Source: Paraspadella gotoi (lineage: Eukaryota; Animalia; Chaetognatha). From it: 64,000 nt of DNA. A program made the translations under genes and the position numbers. Positions within the stretch are counted from its first letter, which is position 1, and every line of letters begins with the position of its first letter. A model generated the notes under the pieces. The model did not search any database. It saw nothing but the letters and a program-made list of their open reading frames with translations, and was not told the origin of the DNA. This document shows, piece by piece, positions 20,557-34,952 of this stretch. Location: assembly GCA_051294375.1 (NCBI GenBank), contig CM119270.1, forward strand, positions 16,635,424 to 16,699,423, given 5' to 3'.

Positions 20557-20639
20557 TCAACGGAAGAGAAAGTTAAACGAGAGATCGAAATGTTTTGGGG
20601 AAAGCGAAGGGGACACCGAAATCTCTTGCGTAATAAAAT

Positions 20640-20642
20640 CTT

Positions 20643-20678
<36 letters not shown>

Positions 20679-20686
20679 ACTCTCTC

Positions 20687-20728
<42 letters not shown>

Positions 20729-21990
20729 CCGCCATCTGGACTCCAGACCGTCAAAGAGATTTCCTTCTCTCCTTTACTACTTTAAACCGATGTTCGTCCG
20801 CGTAAATCAAGCATTAAATCTTGGATGTTGCATCGTATGGTAAGCGTTGATTGCAGCGTATTACAAGCATTGATTGTATCGATTAACGAGCGTTGACCGC
20901 AACGAATAACGATACGTGATCACGCAGCGCTGTCGCGTAATCTATTATTTTACATGATTTAAAGGTTTTAATCATTTGCGACTGTAGCCATTTCTCGATG
21001 TTTCAAAATCAGTTGAAATGTAAAACCATTGATCCTATTAAGATTAAAAATTACTAATAAAAATAGCGTATAATGGTATAAATTTTGTAGGGCCAATAAA
21101 TGTCCTGCGACTTCTATCGGATGTGGCTCGCGGAATCTTGTCACCTCCTGATAAGCGATGCGTTGATGTGTTGGTGAATTATTATTGTTCAATGTTTGTC
21201 ATTTGATCTTTCCTTCTGTTTGAATATTTTTCGACAAAGGTCACTTCCATTACTTGAGATCACGCTCATGACTAATCTTTATTTTGCTGCAATATACTAA
21301 GAAAATCCACAACCGTCTTTTAATGACAAAGCGTAATTGTTTTTTTAAAATTAACTCCGATAATAGTTGTCAGAACAACTGGATGAAGAATTGGAAATTG
21401 AATATATATATATCCAACTTCGTCGAAGACGACGACGACGACGACAACGATGACGACGACGACGACGACGACGACGACGCCTTCGGAAAAAAAAACCCTG
21501 AGGCGCGAAAGACCAAATGAGAGAACGATTAACAAAGTGGATGACCCGCAGATAAAAATAGAAGCGATCGTGTCGGAGATGGAAGCGGAAATAGAAGCGG
21601 ACAGAAGCGAAAAGTGTTGAGAAAAGCGAAAGGGAAATTACTTGTTTCTTTCGATGAATCAAATCGGTAAAAAAATGTTAATGAGAAATTGAAAATAAAT
21701 TTGTGCAAATATGAAATTGATTCAAGAATAACCTAAAATAACATAACATAACGCCTGCATAACTCCTAAATGCAACTTTGTTTTAATATTTAATGATGTT
21801 GGAGGACATTCCCCCCCAAAAAAAATGAAATGACGTTGAAACATTGGAAAAACAAACAAAGAAATTGGTTCAAGGAAGTTAAACACTGAAAAGAGAAATT
21901 GACGTCTTGACAGCGATAAACTTTTCTCGCTACGGATTTACGCTCACGAACGAAATTATGTAAGGGTTCATTGTTTCCACGATGGTTTCA

Positions 21991-22026
<36 letters not shown>

Positions 22027-23118
22027 CCCAATGACCGTCGATGACACGGACTATTTTTCCGATTTGCGATTCGCGTCGACGGAACCAGCCAAACGAAAAG
22101 AAAGGAAAGAAAAAAGGAAAAAAAAGGGAAAAGAAAGGAAACACGAAAAAACTGAAAGCGGAATAAGAAATCGAATATCGATGAGAAAGAGGGCAGTTTT
22201 TTCTTTTCTTTTTTTTTTCTTTTTTTCTTTTTCTATTTTGTTATTAACACGCGATGGCGTTTCTAACCGTTGGAGAAGAAAATGGAGGAAAGGCCAGCGG
22301 CGATCCNNNNNNNNNNNNNNNNNNNNNNNNNCGAAACTGGAGCAGTTCCTATAGTCATGACGGAGAAGATTTTTTCACATTAATTAATAATTAATTTAAT
22401 TAAAACAATTTTAGTATTAGTAATCGATTTAATAATTAAGATTTCATAAAATACGATTAACGAGAAGAAAAAATGTGAAATGGTTGACTTATGTGTTATC
22501 TTTCATTCTTAAACTCATTTCCACTGGCACAATTTCGCCACGGTCAAAACTATATATTTATTATATATTAATAAATGATTTTTACACGCTTCAGGTGACA
22601 ACCAACCATATGAACTAATTTCAAAAAAGTTACACTATTTAAAATCGATTTTTAGTAGTAAATAGGAAAAAAAAATTTTTTAAAGAGAACTAGAGTTATA
22701 AAAAATGTTCAATTCTTGGCCGCTCCGCCTTACTTATGATGTATAGTTGCGATGTGATGTGAAACAATGTTATCGAAATTGAATTATTTTCACTCAGTGT
22801 TTATTGGTAATTTTGTAAGTATTTTAAGTAATTGTTTATTTCAGTGGAGTTAAGGACACCAGATAACAACTATTTTATATATTGGCTAATTTAATTCTCG
22901 GACTTCTCTCTTTTCTCTCCTCTTCTCCTCTTCTCTCTCTTTCTTGTGCAACTCTTGCCGGACGGATCCTTTTATGCCTCATTTTCTCTGCGACATCGCT
23001 TCTAATCTCATACATCATATCTTCCTTCTCCATCTTCCTCTCTCTCTTATCCTCCGCTCACATAAAACTTTCATCTTCAATTCTATTTTGGGTCTTTTAA
23101 ATATAGTAAATACATCGC

Positions 23119-23166
<48 letters not shown>

Positions 23167-26100
23167 TCTTCTTCTCTCTCTGCTCTCTCCTTGTCGTCCC
23201 TGCATCTGGACTCCAGACCGTCAAGAGATTTCCTTCTCTCCTTTACTACTTTAAAACCGGATGTTCGTCCGCGGTAAATCAAGCATTAAATCTTGGATGT
23301 TGCATTCGTATGGTAAGCGTTGATTGCAGCGTATTACAAGCATTGATTGTATCGATTAACGGAGCGTTGACCGCAACGAATAACGATAACGTGATCACGC
23401 AGCGCTGTTCGCGCTAATCTATTATTTTACATGATTTAAAGGTTTTAATCATTTGCGACTGTTGCCATTTCTCGATGTTTCAAAAATCAGTTGAAATGTT
23501 AAACCATTGATACCTATTAAGATTAAAAAATTACTAATAAAAATAGGCGTATAATGGTATAAATTTTGTAGGGCCAATAAATGTCCTGCGACTTCTATCG
23601 GATGTGGTTCTCGCGGAATCTTGTCGCCTCCTGATAAGCGGTGCGTTGATGTGTTGGTGAGAATTATTTATTGTTCAACTGGTTGTCATTTGATCTTTCT
23701 CTTCTTTTTGAATATTTTTCGACAAAGGTCACTGTCCATTACTTGAGTCAACGCTCATGACTAAGGGGTAGCCCCATTCAATGGTTGGTGAGTTTAAAAA
23801 ATTTATGAATTATTACATGCTCAAACGAAAATTTATACATTTTGAAGTATACTTTCAATGGACAAAACCATTTTCTTATGTGGCTCTTCATATCCAAATA
23901 TATAAATTTTAAATATTTATTTATAATATAGGAAAAGGGCCAAAATTTTTTTTCATCGAATTTTAATTTTAAAGACAGATTCAGATAAGCTCATAAAAAT
24001 TGTCTACACAAAAGTATTACAATTCTTTTTAAATAATATCTTTCTATGTTAAAGTGATTCAAAAATAAGAAAAAATACCTTAAAAAATCATCATCATCAT
24101 CATCTTTCGATAATTTTATCAGTTTTTTTTTTATTTCACATAGAAAACGTCACAGAAATATTTTTTTAAAAGTGTAATTATATTTTCTTGGTTTAACTTT
24201 TTATGTCGCTCTATCAGAATCCATCAATTCCTTTAATTGTATATTCCACTACTCAAAAAAAAAAATTATTTAACTTATAATGAATAAAAAGCAAGTAATA
24301 TTTAAATGTAATAATCAAGACGTATAAAGTAAATATTGTTTTTCGAGCAAATGCCGATGTTGACTTAAATATTGTAGGTCAGGCACAAGCTAAAAATACT
24401 TTGCCTAATAGTGTCGAAATCTTTTATATCTATTCTTCTGGAGTTGGTCCCGATCGCATGACTAATCTTTATTTGCTGCAATATAACTAAAGAAAAATCC
24501 ACAACCGTCTTCTTAATAATTGGACAAAAGCGTAATTGGTTTTTCTTTTTACAGGAGATTACCCCGATAATAATCTGTCAGAACAAGGGCTGGTGTGCGA
24601 CTGTGTGGGCATTTGGTTTGGGGCAGTGATACGCGAACATTGCGGAACTAATCTGAGTGACGACCATCCTAGTCACGTATGGCATAGTGCTATATAGTAT
24701 CAGTTATAGAGTTTATTATACTCCTACTAATTGTAAAGTTCGAAACTAGCTCTAAACACATCGACTCTGCGATCTCTAACCACAGCAGCAGACGGGACGC
24801 AGACGCCTACGAATTAAGAGAAACTGATGAGGGGAATAGAGGGCCTCTTGAAACGACTGCTAGCTCTCGGCAAAGACCAACATGTGACGAGATGAGATAG
24901 TTCGATTAGACAATGTAGTGTGTCCCGCCATTGTCGCAGCCAATGAGTCTTGGCTGGATGTGAATGAAAATAAGAAGATGGAAGCGTGCGGGCAGTGGTG
25001 TCGAGACTGTCGTATTAACGCACACAGGGTGGAGTGCCCCAAGGTGCGCCAGAGAGCAAATCACTCCAGGTTTCCTCAAGCCTGGAGAAATAGGATGCGG
25101 ACGAGCAAGCGAAAAGATGGTTGTAGATCTGACAAGATCTAGCGATTACCATAGTAAGGAGAAGAGTATTTACTTGTTTCTTTTCGGATGAACAAATCGA
25201 GATGGGTGAAAAAAATGCGTGGTAAATGAGAGAAATGAAGAAAAGTCAAATTTGGTGCGGAGTCATAATATGGGTGGGAAAGTTGATTCAAGATGAACGC
25301 TAAAATAACATAACATAAACGCCTGCATAACTAACCTTTAAATGCAACTTTGTTTTAATATTTAATTGATGTTGGAGGACATTCCCCCCAAAAAAAATGA
25401 AATTGACGTTGAAACATGGGAAAAAACAGAACAAGACTCAACAAGTAAATTTAGGGGTTCGCAAGTGTTATAGTGGGTAGGGTTTTAACACTATGCAAAA
25501 AGGACCGCAAAATGTGGACGGCATAGGCGGTTGTCTTGACAGTGCGATACACTATGCTTTCTCGCCAATAAGGTCGGATTTACGCTCACGAACGGAAATT
25601 ATGTAAGCGGTTCTTGTTTCACGATGGTGGTCATTCAGTCGTCGGTCGGGCATAGGCGTTTGTTCGTCGTCGTCGTCTCGTCCCGTCGTATCGCTGCGTG
25701 TCACCGGTCGTCTTCGTCGTTCGTCGTCTGGAGAAGGTTTGGGCCGTGCACGTCCCCAATGAGCGCGTCTGATGACACGGACTCATTTTTTTCCGAATTT
25801 GCGTATTTCTGGTCGTTCGATGTCTCCGAAACCAGCCAACGACAAAGAAAGGAAAAGATAAGTAAAAGGGGAGGATACAAACAAAAGACTGGAAAGTGAA
25901 TGGGGCAGAAGAAAAGAAAAGCAAACACGAAAAAACTGAAAGCTGAATAAGAAAGCCAGGAATCTCGGCCTAATATCGTATGAGAAAGATGGGCAGTTTT
26001 TCCTTTTTCTTTTTTTTTCTTTTTTTTTTTTTGCTTTTAGTTTTTGTTATTAATCAGATCGCGATGGCGTTTATTGGCTGAAACCGTGTGGAGAAGAAAC

Positions 26101-27080
26101 GAATGGAGGTAAGGGCTGGCACTGACTCGTCGCCTCGGTTAGTCGCCCCCTCTCTCCTTCTTCGGGCTCTCTCTCGTGCGCTTCTCTCTCTCTCCCGGTC
26201 TACCCCTCAGTGTACGCCTCCAGTCACTGTCGCGCTCGTCGTCTGCTTATACCCTAGACGTGTCTTCGTCCTTTGCCAACTGCAAGGGGAACGCATTAGG
26301 TACTGTGGACTGCGATAACCTTATGCCCTCGGGTCTATTCGGTGTCGTGTTCCCCTCGCACCTTCTGAGCCATGGAATCTGTAGCGTGCCTGATGGATGG
26401 GTGTGACGGTTGAGGCGGTGAGTAGAATATACCCGACCCCACGACCAACAATTATGATTAATATTAGGAGTACTTATTGGTTCAAAATAATATTTTTCAA
26501 TAAAATCTATTTTAAGTAATGCGACTTATGTTTTTTTTTTTCCTCTTTTAAACTGGCACCCAACCGATTTCCGTTTGACAACTCTTTTTATATCCAGCTT
26601 TTGCCTTTTCACTCAGCTTCCTACCCACACACAAAAGTTTCCTCCATAAGTCCAAGACCTAGCAATCACGAGAGTTATTGGAGCTTTCTTGCTAAAGGTC
26701 GAGCAGATGGCGACGGAGAACGCTTGATTGAGCCCTCTACTGATCATAAATTAGAAAATGGTAGAGTAGAAGCGGATTTGGTGCGTTTAATAGGTTGAAT
26801 GATAAAATGGAGAATTGGAGTATAAAGAGGGTAGTTTGAATAGGAATTAATGAGGAGGTAAAGCTGGAAGTGTAAAATTATTTTGATGTGATGTTGCATT
26901 AATACAAGAGTGAGCGCGTCAATCTTAGGAGGCAATTCATTAAATACATAGCTGTTTATGCCAAAATTTGATACGGAAAAGGGGAAAAAAGATCAGATTC
27001 ATAAGAAATACAAACAAATATAAGATAGTAGAAACCAGGGTTTGTTTTTGGATTTTTTCCAGTTTAAACTCATTTCCACT
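20640..27080. repeat. Direct duplication (~20640-22530 versus ~23120-27080) around the 25-N gap 22307-22331
   Basis: Collinear from catctggactccagaccgtcaa through cgcgatggcgttt; the second copy gets progressively noisier and carries an extra insertion. Confidence 0.85.
23765..24456. mobile_element. 692-bp non-coding insertion flanked by a 9-bp target-site duplication (CATGACTAA); MITE-like
   Basis: CATGACTAA at 23756-23764 and 24457-24465; the other duplicate copy has a single CATGACTAA (empty site ~21267-21275); internal inverted motif gacagattcagataagctcataaaa (~23974) versus ttttatgtcgctctatcagaatccatc (~24200). Confidence 0.75.
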
Positions 27081-27244
27081 CAAAAGATTCCATCGAAGAA
27101 CTTGGGTTTTCCTGTTCTAATCGACACACGTATTTGGCTACTCAACACTGGACAAATCCAGGTCAATGAGCCGAAATAATTGAGAAGTGAGAGGGGGGGG
27201 TAAGAATAAGGCAACGCTATGTTCAAGCTTTGCATAATTAAGTG

Positions 27245-27745
27245 CAACTGCCATAATTTGGTCAATGACAATAATTTGGGGTCAAACTGAAACGTAATAA
27301 TTGGGTCTAACTGACATGATTTAGTCTACTGACATAATTTGGTCAGACTGAACATTAATTTCGGTCGTCATTCAAAACTGACATAGAATTTGATCAGATT
27401 AAGATAATTTGCAGTCAACCGGCAGTGAAATTTGGTTCAACTGACATGAGGATAGAATTATCGCACTGGCTAATATTTGGGTACGAACTAGCATAATTTG
27501 GTTTAACTGGCGTGAATTTGGTCATACTGCTGATGTTTGGGTGCAACAGGAGGCCACATAGAAAGTGGCGAGTCAAGGGGAGCATGAAATAGATGAATTG
27601 GGTCAACTTCGCAGAACACGATTGAATTCAACTGTTGGCAGAATTTGGTACAACTGGCGCATATTTGGTCAACGTGTTTAAGAGAATTGGGTGAAGAGAA
27701 CTTGCATATTTGGTCAGATTGGAGCATAGTAGAGTTTAAGGTCAC
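27245..27745. repeat. Degenerate ~18-bp tandem array (consensus ~CAACTGACATAATTTGGT)
   Basis: About 20 or more head-to-tail units such as caactgccataatttggt and actgacataatttggtca; no unique spacers. Confidence 0.75.
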
Positions 27746-28706
27746 TCACGAAATCAATCAATTCAGAGAGAGCAGATAAAAGATACGAGGAGAAGAACTT
27801 TAGAAAGAAGTGTCAAAAAGATGTAAATTAATAGCGTGAGTGTCTTTTTTGGGTTTTTTTACTCATTGTCCATAAACAAACGAAATGGGAGGTAAATGAA
27901 ACGGCGGTGCGAGCATATTATATCATTCCTCGACCAAATTTTTAAGTGGCTTTTTTTTTTTGTATTTTTCTGTTAAATCCGTATGAATATTGTTATAATT
28001 TCTACTCTCTCTTCTCGCTCTCTCTCTCTCTCATTCTTCTCTCTCTCTCCTCTCTCTCTTTCTCTTCTCTCTTCTCTCTCTTCTAGCAAACAAAAATGAG
28101 GACGGTTTCTAATAACCAATAAAGAAAATTAATTAACTTCTTTTCGTGCTGGAGTTTGATATTTAAAACGTTTTTTTTTTTTTTTTTTTAGTGACGCTGT
28201 TTTAAATGTTAGTTTTATCCGAAGGACTTATTTCGTCGACGACGTGCATCATGCTTTATAAATCGATAATGAACCTCTAAGACATTCAATAAAGTCACCC
28301 AAAATAATTAAGGTTCAACCAAATTTAAACATGTTGATTTTACATAGAAAAACTTTATAAGTTTAAACCTTTTAACCAGCTAATTTTTTTTTTCTTTTCA
28401 GATTCGAACGTCAAAAAATCGTCCATCGATCAATCAGAAAACCGAGAATCTAACCGCCCGTTGATTCTTTGCTTACAGGGTGGGCAGAGAATATCACATA
28501 GTCGTTTCTTTATACTGTATAAATATACTAATGTATCTCAGCTGTAAAATCTAAAAGTTGTAGTAATTTAATTAACGTGTTTGTTTGAAATTCGCAATTT
28601 CAAAACGGAAATTATTTATTGTCAAACATAACAGAGATAGCTAAAGGTCAAATACAAGCGAGCATTTATTTATTACCGGAAACTAAAAACATCATTTAAT
28701 TAGCGA

Positions 28707-28737
<31 letters not shown>

Positions 28738-29386
28738 GCTACTAAGATTTTTTTTGGCCCACCCCTTAAAAAATATAACCCCCGCCCGGTTCTCCGCCCA
28801 CAGAAACGATTCAATCTATTTTCTTTTATTTAGTCACGCCATTTCGTGGTCGACTCCATCTCTATCTTTCCCTTTCCTTCTCTCTATATGTCTCTCTCTC
28901 GCCTAGACTTCAACTCTATCTCTCCCCCTTCTCTCTCATGTTTCCTCCTTGACTCCATCTCTCTATTTCTGCCTCTTCGTCTCCCTCTCCATCTCGTCAC
29001 GAGACCCAAAATAGGGCAAAACATGAAAAATTAAAAAGGAAACGTGGCTCTGTCTCCGTCTCGCTCTTTCCCAGGAAAACCGGGAAAATTCAAAATGAAA
29101 CTGATCCCTTCGGTTCACGGGTCAGCCGCCTTCCGGTCGTTTTTCATTTGTTCCGCATGGGCTGTCCTCTCTCTTCTCTCTCTTTTAACCTCTCCTTGCT
29201 GGTGCTCTCTTTCTCTCACTGCTCTCTCCTTCCTCTCCCTTTCTTTTCTCTTTTCTCTTTCTTCTCTTTCTTTGTCTCTCTTTTTTTTTTACTTTTTTCT
29301 CTTCTCTCTCTTTCTTCTCTTTCTCTTTTTTCTATTTTTCTTCTCAAGCTTCTATCTCCTCTCTCTCTCTCTCTCATCTCTTCTCT

Positions 29387-29430
<44 letters not shown>

Positions 29431-30087
29431 AATATTTGTCCACAAACTTATTCGGCCCTTTGCTTTTTTTCCCCTGACTGTAGCCTCAAGCCTTAACCTT
29501 ACCTTTAATCATCAACATACTTTTTGATTCCCTTACCTTTTTCCTTTACCTCCCACGATTCGCTCCCCCCCATTATGCTTTTCTCACCTTTCTTTCCGTC
29601 TCGTTTATTCTTCAAACCTCAGCGAAGTTCATTTGTCGGTGACTCAAATCTTTCGGAAACTTTTTCCTCTACGGTGTCGTGGCACGAAAGCGTAATCAGG
29701 GCACCGTGGCCCTGGCGGCGTGGCGTGGCGTGGCCTCTGCCATCTTTAATCTTTTGCACATGAAATGGTAGCGCCATCTTTAATCCTCAATCGGCTTCTT
29801 CGCGAAGCTCCAACTAAGGAGACGAATATCCGCGCAAAAAGAAAGAGTCCCATTAGGAAGAGAGAGTTTCGCTTTTTCAATATTAAGATAGAGAAAGATA
29901 GACCAGTTTTGCCTATAGATGGTTAAGACAAAGTGTTATAAAAACAAAAGATTTGGCCACTAAAAAGTGATTTGAAACTGTATACATGAAACACCAGAAT
30001 CGAGAGTTTATTCCTATCGCCCCTTATTCATTGCGTCCTGACCAACTACGACTTATCTTCTACCAAATTTTTGTAATTTCAGTTAAA

Positions 30088-30130
30088 AGCACTGATGAAG
30101 AACGAAATGCACATTTGAAACATGTCTGCT
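30088..30130 (+). ncRNA. Minimal type I hammerhead ribozyme motif (Penelope-like retroelement type)
   Basis: AGCA-CTGATGA-(stem II region)-GAAA-CATG-TC-TGCT: core boxes, palindromic CATG tetraloop on a 1-bp helix III, GUC cleavage triplet, AGCA/TGCT helix I; AATAAA ~10 nt downstream. Confidence 0.6.
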
Positions 30131-30964
30131 ACTATAAAAATAAAACTTCGTTGTGAAAAACTAAAAAAATTGTTATTTCGTCTAATCATTCTACCAACGA
30201 AAAGAAAGATTTACAAACAAAACTAAACTCAACTAAACTCAACTCAACTCATGTCATCTCAACTCTTTTAAACATTTCAACTTACCTTCTAATCTTCTCT
30301 CATCTAGTAATTTCAATACATATCATCTTCTTTCATCGCATATTATCTTATCTTATCGACACTTTTCATCTCATCTCAACCCTTTCCATCTTATTTCTCA
30401 TACTAGAGAGACGAAAGTAAGATGTTCCCCCATAACTCACTCGCAATACATCAAAGAGTCTGCGATCTGTCGAGAGAGAAAAGTCGTAAATTGAATTTTT
30501 TGATTCCGACGGCGCGAAAGAAGTTCTGGGCCACCCAAGACGCGGGCGATCCTCGAAAGAGGGTAGTTTGCATTTTAATAAAGGTGAATCCGGTCTTTTA
30601 TAATTCGAAGATTTGTCGTTGTTTGACATGAACATATGTTTTAATGGTCTATAAAAAGGTTAGAAAAAATGAGACAGTAACACGTCGAGTAATAAAGAAT
30701 GGAAACGAGGCAATACATGAGAAAAACAGAAAAAGAGGAAATGATAAAGAATAAAAGTATAAAAAAAAGAAAGAAAGAAATAAAGAAATAAAGATAGTAG
30801 ATAGAAACAGAAAAGAAAGATAGTTGGCAAAAAGAAAGGAAGAAAAACAAATTGAAAAAAAACGTGAAAATAATGAAGAAAAAATAAAAGGAAAGATGAA
30901 AGAAAGACAGAAAGACAGAAAGATAGATAAAAAAAAAAGAAAGCTCGATAAAAAGAAAGAGTGA

Positions 30965-31040
<76 letters not shown>

Positions 31041-31150
31041 AAGAAAGAAAGTTAAATCCGGCGTTGTAATTAATCGTGGTCTGATCGGAATTCTCGCTTC
31101 ACTTCCTCTGACGACAGACGCGGGAAATATACGATTTCATCAAAACCATT

Positions 31151-31217
<67 letters not shown>

Positions 31218-32132
31218 GCCCGGCGGAGATGAGGCCATAAAGCACCATAAAAGTAAATGGAAGCGTTAATTATCGATGTTACGTTTCGTTCTGAGGTTTC
31301 GCTACCTTCCTTCTTGACGAATGACGGCGACATTTGAAGGGCGCCTCTACAGGGCTATTCAACTTAAACGAATCGATTTGATAAGATTTTAGTTTTTTAG
31401 AAAACTTTAATTACTTACATATGTTTATTTAAAAATGTAATTTCAGGAATAAATTAATATAATTTTTATTTTACAGTTCATCTATCATATTATATTTGTT
31501 ACCATTTATTAAAAAATCTTAAATATAATAATTATAATTAATATTTATTTATATAATTTATTCATTATTTTTATTTGCTCGCAAAATAAATATTTTAAAA
31601 AACATATATTAATTTTTTTTAAAATATATAGCTTTTAATTATGTAAATTTTTTGGCCCTTTTGTGTGATATCACCCTATACATAATGGGAAAGAAATCAT
31701 CTTCTAGACGCTTCTTCATAAACTCTCCCTTGGGAGTCGGGAGGCGAAAAATCGGCGACGATAGAGACGCCGGGGAAACACTCAGATAGAGACAGAGAGG
31801 AAGGCGAGAGAGAAAGAGAGAGAAAGGGATGGGATTACGTGGGGTAGTAACTATGGGAATTTTAAATTCAGTTGTTGAAATCAAATATATTGGCCAAGTA
31901 ATAAAAAATCTTTTAAAGAAAAAAAGGAATTTGATAATCGAAATTTAGAGAATTTAGAAAAGAAAATGAAGAAAATTTCAAAGTGACTCTTCTAAAAATA
32001 CAAAGTCTGAGAGTGAGCTCGTATTTTTTGATAACCTAAGATTTACTTGAGAGAGAGACAGGGACAGAGATAGAGATAGAAAGATAGAGAAAGAGAGAGA
32101 AAGGGACAGAGATAGAGATAGAAAGATAGAGA

Positions 32133-32184
<52 letters not shown>

Positions 32185-32617
32185 AGGGATCATAACTCGT
32201 GAGCTCTGCGCCAAAAATGATCGTTTTCGTCTGTCTGGAAGATGATATAAAAGGCAATAACGTTTCAGTTAATTACAACTTTTTTTTTTTCTATCAAAGT
32301 TCTTGGGGAGTCGAGCGGCTTTTTGCGGAACCGGTTTAGCGATTCCCTTTTGAATCCAATTCTGTATAAATATTAAATTTTTGGTATATATACAAGTACT
32401 CAGTAAAAATTATCAATATAAATATGGATTGATTAAAAACATAATTTCGGTATAAGAAATAAGATGCCAAAATAAAATTTCATTATATGAGGAATTTAAC
32501 TATAGGCATTTTACATTTCCGACCACTGACTTTATTTAAAATCAAACCTTTGATTTCGTCATCATCGTAAATAAAATCCAGGAACAAAATTACGACTTTA
32601 ACGCTGTGGGGGGGAGA

Positions 32618-32697
<80 letters not shown>

Positions 32698-34059
32698 CTA
32701 ACTCATTCGAGTCAACCATCGGGGGCGGTCCGTCTCGCCAAGGGTGAGTTACGACGTTTAGGGTAAGTTCAGATATCGGACCCGCCGCGTAAACTTCCCT
32801 CAGAGATTCGAAATGGAGGGAGATTGAGGGTAAGGACGAGGTAAGCAATTGTTTTTGAGAATAAAAACAGGGTAAAGAAATTACGAGGTCGTTATGTCGC
32901 CTCTGGGAGGTATGGACGGAAAAAGATCAAAATACTTTGATTTAAAAGCGTCGGTTTACCAGGTTGGAACGCGAACGCTAATTTTGGCATATCCTTCGAA
33001 GATGAGTTTCGTTTTTGATTTTTTTATGAAGAGAGAGAGAGAGAGATGTGAGAGGAGAGAGAGATGAGAGAGAGAGAGAGAGGAGGAGGAGAGAGAGAGA
33101 ACGAGAGAGAGAGATGAGAGAGAGAGAGAGACACTGCCTAAACAATGGAAATTGAGTTTAAAGGTCTCGAAATGAGAGATTGAAAAAATTATCTAATTAT
33201 TCAATTAATAACTGGTGAATAGCTAAATACGGTACATACGCTTCAATTTAACCCAAAGCCGCTAAATATGCAAATTAAACTCTTCCATTATTATCAGGAC
33301 AAATACCCAAAAAGAGTCTCGTCTTCCAATCTTCTTCCACTTTTGACTTTTTGACAAAAGACGAAGACNNNNNNNNNNGCGTCGATGAGACGACATTGAG
33401 GCAGGCTAGTACAGCGGAGCCAGCTTGGGACAAAACAGGGGCCAGTGGCGAGCGAATATTTATAAATTAATCATAATTATAAATTCAAAATTCAAAAGGA
33501 AAGCCTTTTTTTATATTTTATTTTATTAACATAATCATAAACGGTAACATTGTGAAAGACTGGAAAACAAATAAAAACTAAACTACGTAATCTACGTAAC
33601 GTCGTAAGTAAAGCCTAATATTTTATTATTAAGTGATGCAGCTCATTTTATAGTGTATATTTAACTTTTATTTACATAAACAACCATCAAGTCACTTACA
33701 TGTGTCTAAAAGTTCAAAGTTAGTCACATTCAGTTTGACCCATAATGGGAATGATGTTCTCGATCAATTTTTTTTTTTTAATCTAAATATTTGTACGTAA
33801 ATATTTAAGATCCTTTTATAATTACATATTTCATGATAACTGCAATATGTAAATAGGTATAATGATTAAATCTCGTCAATAATGATTGCTTGATAGATAT
33901 CCACTGTATTCGTAAAAGTTTTTCTTTCTTAAAATTTTTTTCTTATATGCAAATGAGATTACGGAATCGTTTTTCCCGCCACTGATTGGACTCCGATTCA
34001 TCTTCCATGGGACAGCGATTCTCTGATCGATGGCGAGAGAAAGAGGAACAGAAAGAGGA

Positions 34060-34132
<73 letters not shown>

Positions 34133-34910
34133 CGACGCGATGACTGAAAGTGATTGTGAAATATTAAGATGTAATCGAAGGTGAGACAAACATTGATGCG
34201 AGGGAAGGCAATTCCAGAAAACCGATATGAATTCATTAGTGAGATAAGATCGTTGGCGACGAAGGATAAAATGGGTCGTGACTCGTGAGAGAAAACAATA
34301 ACAATGCAATGAACTTTGAGAGAGAAGACAGAAGAGTCTTGAACGACACCTGAACGCGCGAAAACAAATTCAAGAAAAAAAAAATTGTGATTTGCACTGT
34401 TAAGTCGCAGGCGTGGCAAATAGATAAAAACAGTTGATTTGGTTATAAATAGCAATACGATAGCATGGCTGTGAAACAAACATTTTTTTTTAAATTGTTT
34501 TTTTCCGCTGGCAAGTTAAGATCAGGAAAAAAACCCCGTCATGAATGAATCTTAACAAGTCGATTCGAAGTGATTGACATTTCTGAAAAAACGGGTACCA
34601 TCGTAACTGCAATATGTTTTCACACTTATTTTTAATATTAACTAGTATTAGCTTTTCAATCTCTCAATCAGACCGAAACAGAGACAGAGACAAATTGTAT
34701 CAATCCAGAGTACAAACTCCAATTCTCCTTTTCGCTCCTCGAATCAAAACCGAACGAAAATCCAAATGAGCAAATCTACCATTTTTTTTTTAGATCCTCA
34801 AGAAAAAAAAGATTTAATCGTTCATCAAGTCATTCATGATGTCATTCATAAAGTCATTCATTCCTGATTCCCGTTGAGATCGAATCTTCAATCGACTTCA
34901 TCATCGTCGC

Positions 34911-34952
<42 letters not shown>

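Noticed and set aside
24821-24870. Second hammerhead-like CTGATGA...GAAAC
   Set aside because: No helix III or NUH triplet, poor stem II, and it lies in a noisy segment.
27245-27745. CRISPR-like array
   Set aside because: Units are head-to-tail without unique spacers, the context is eukaryotic, and no cas genes are present.
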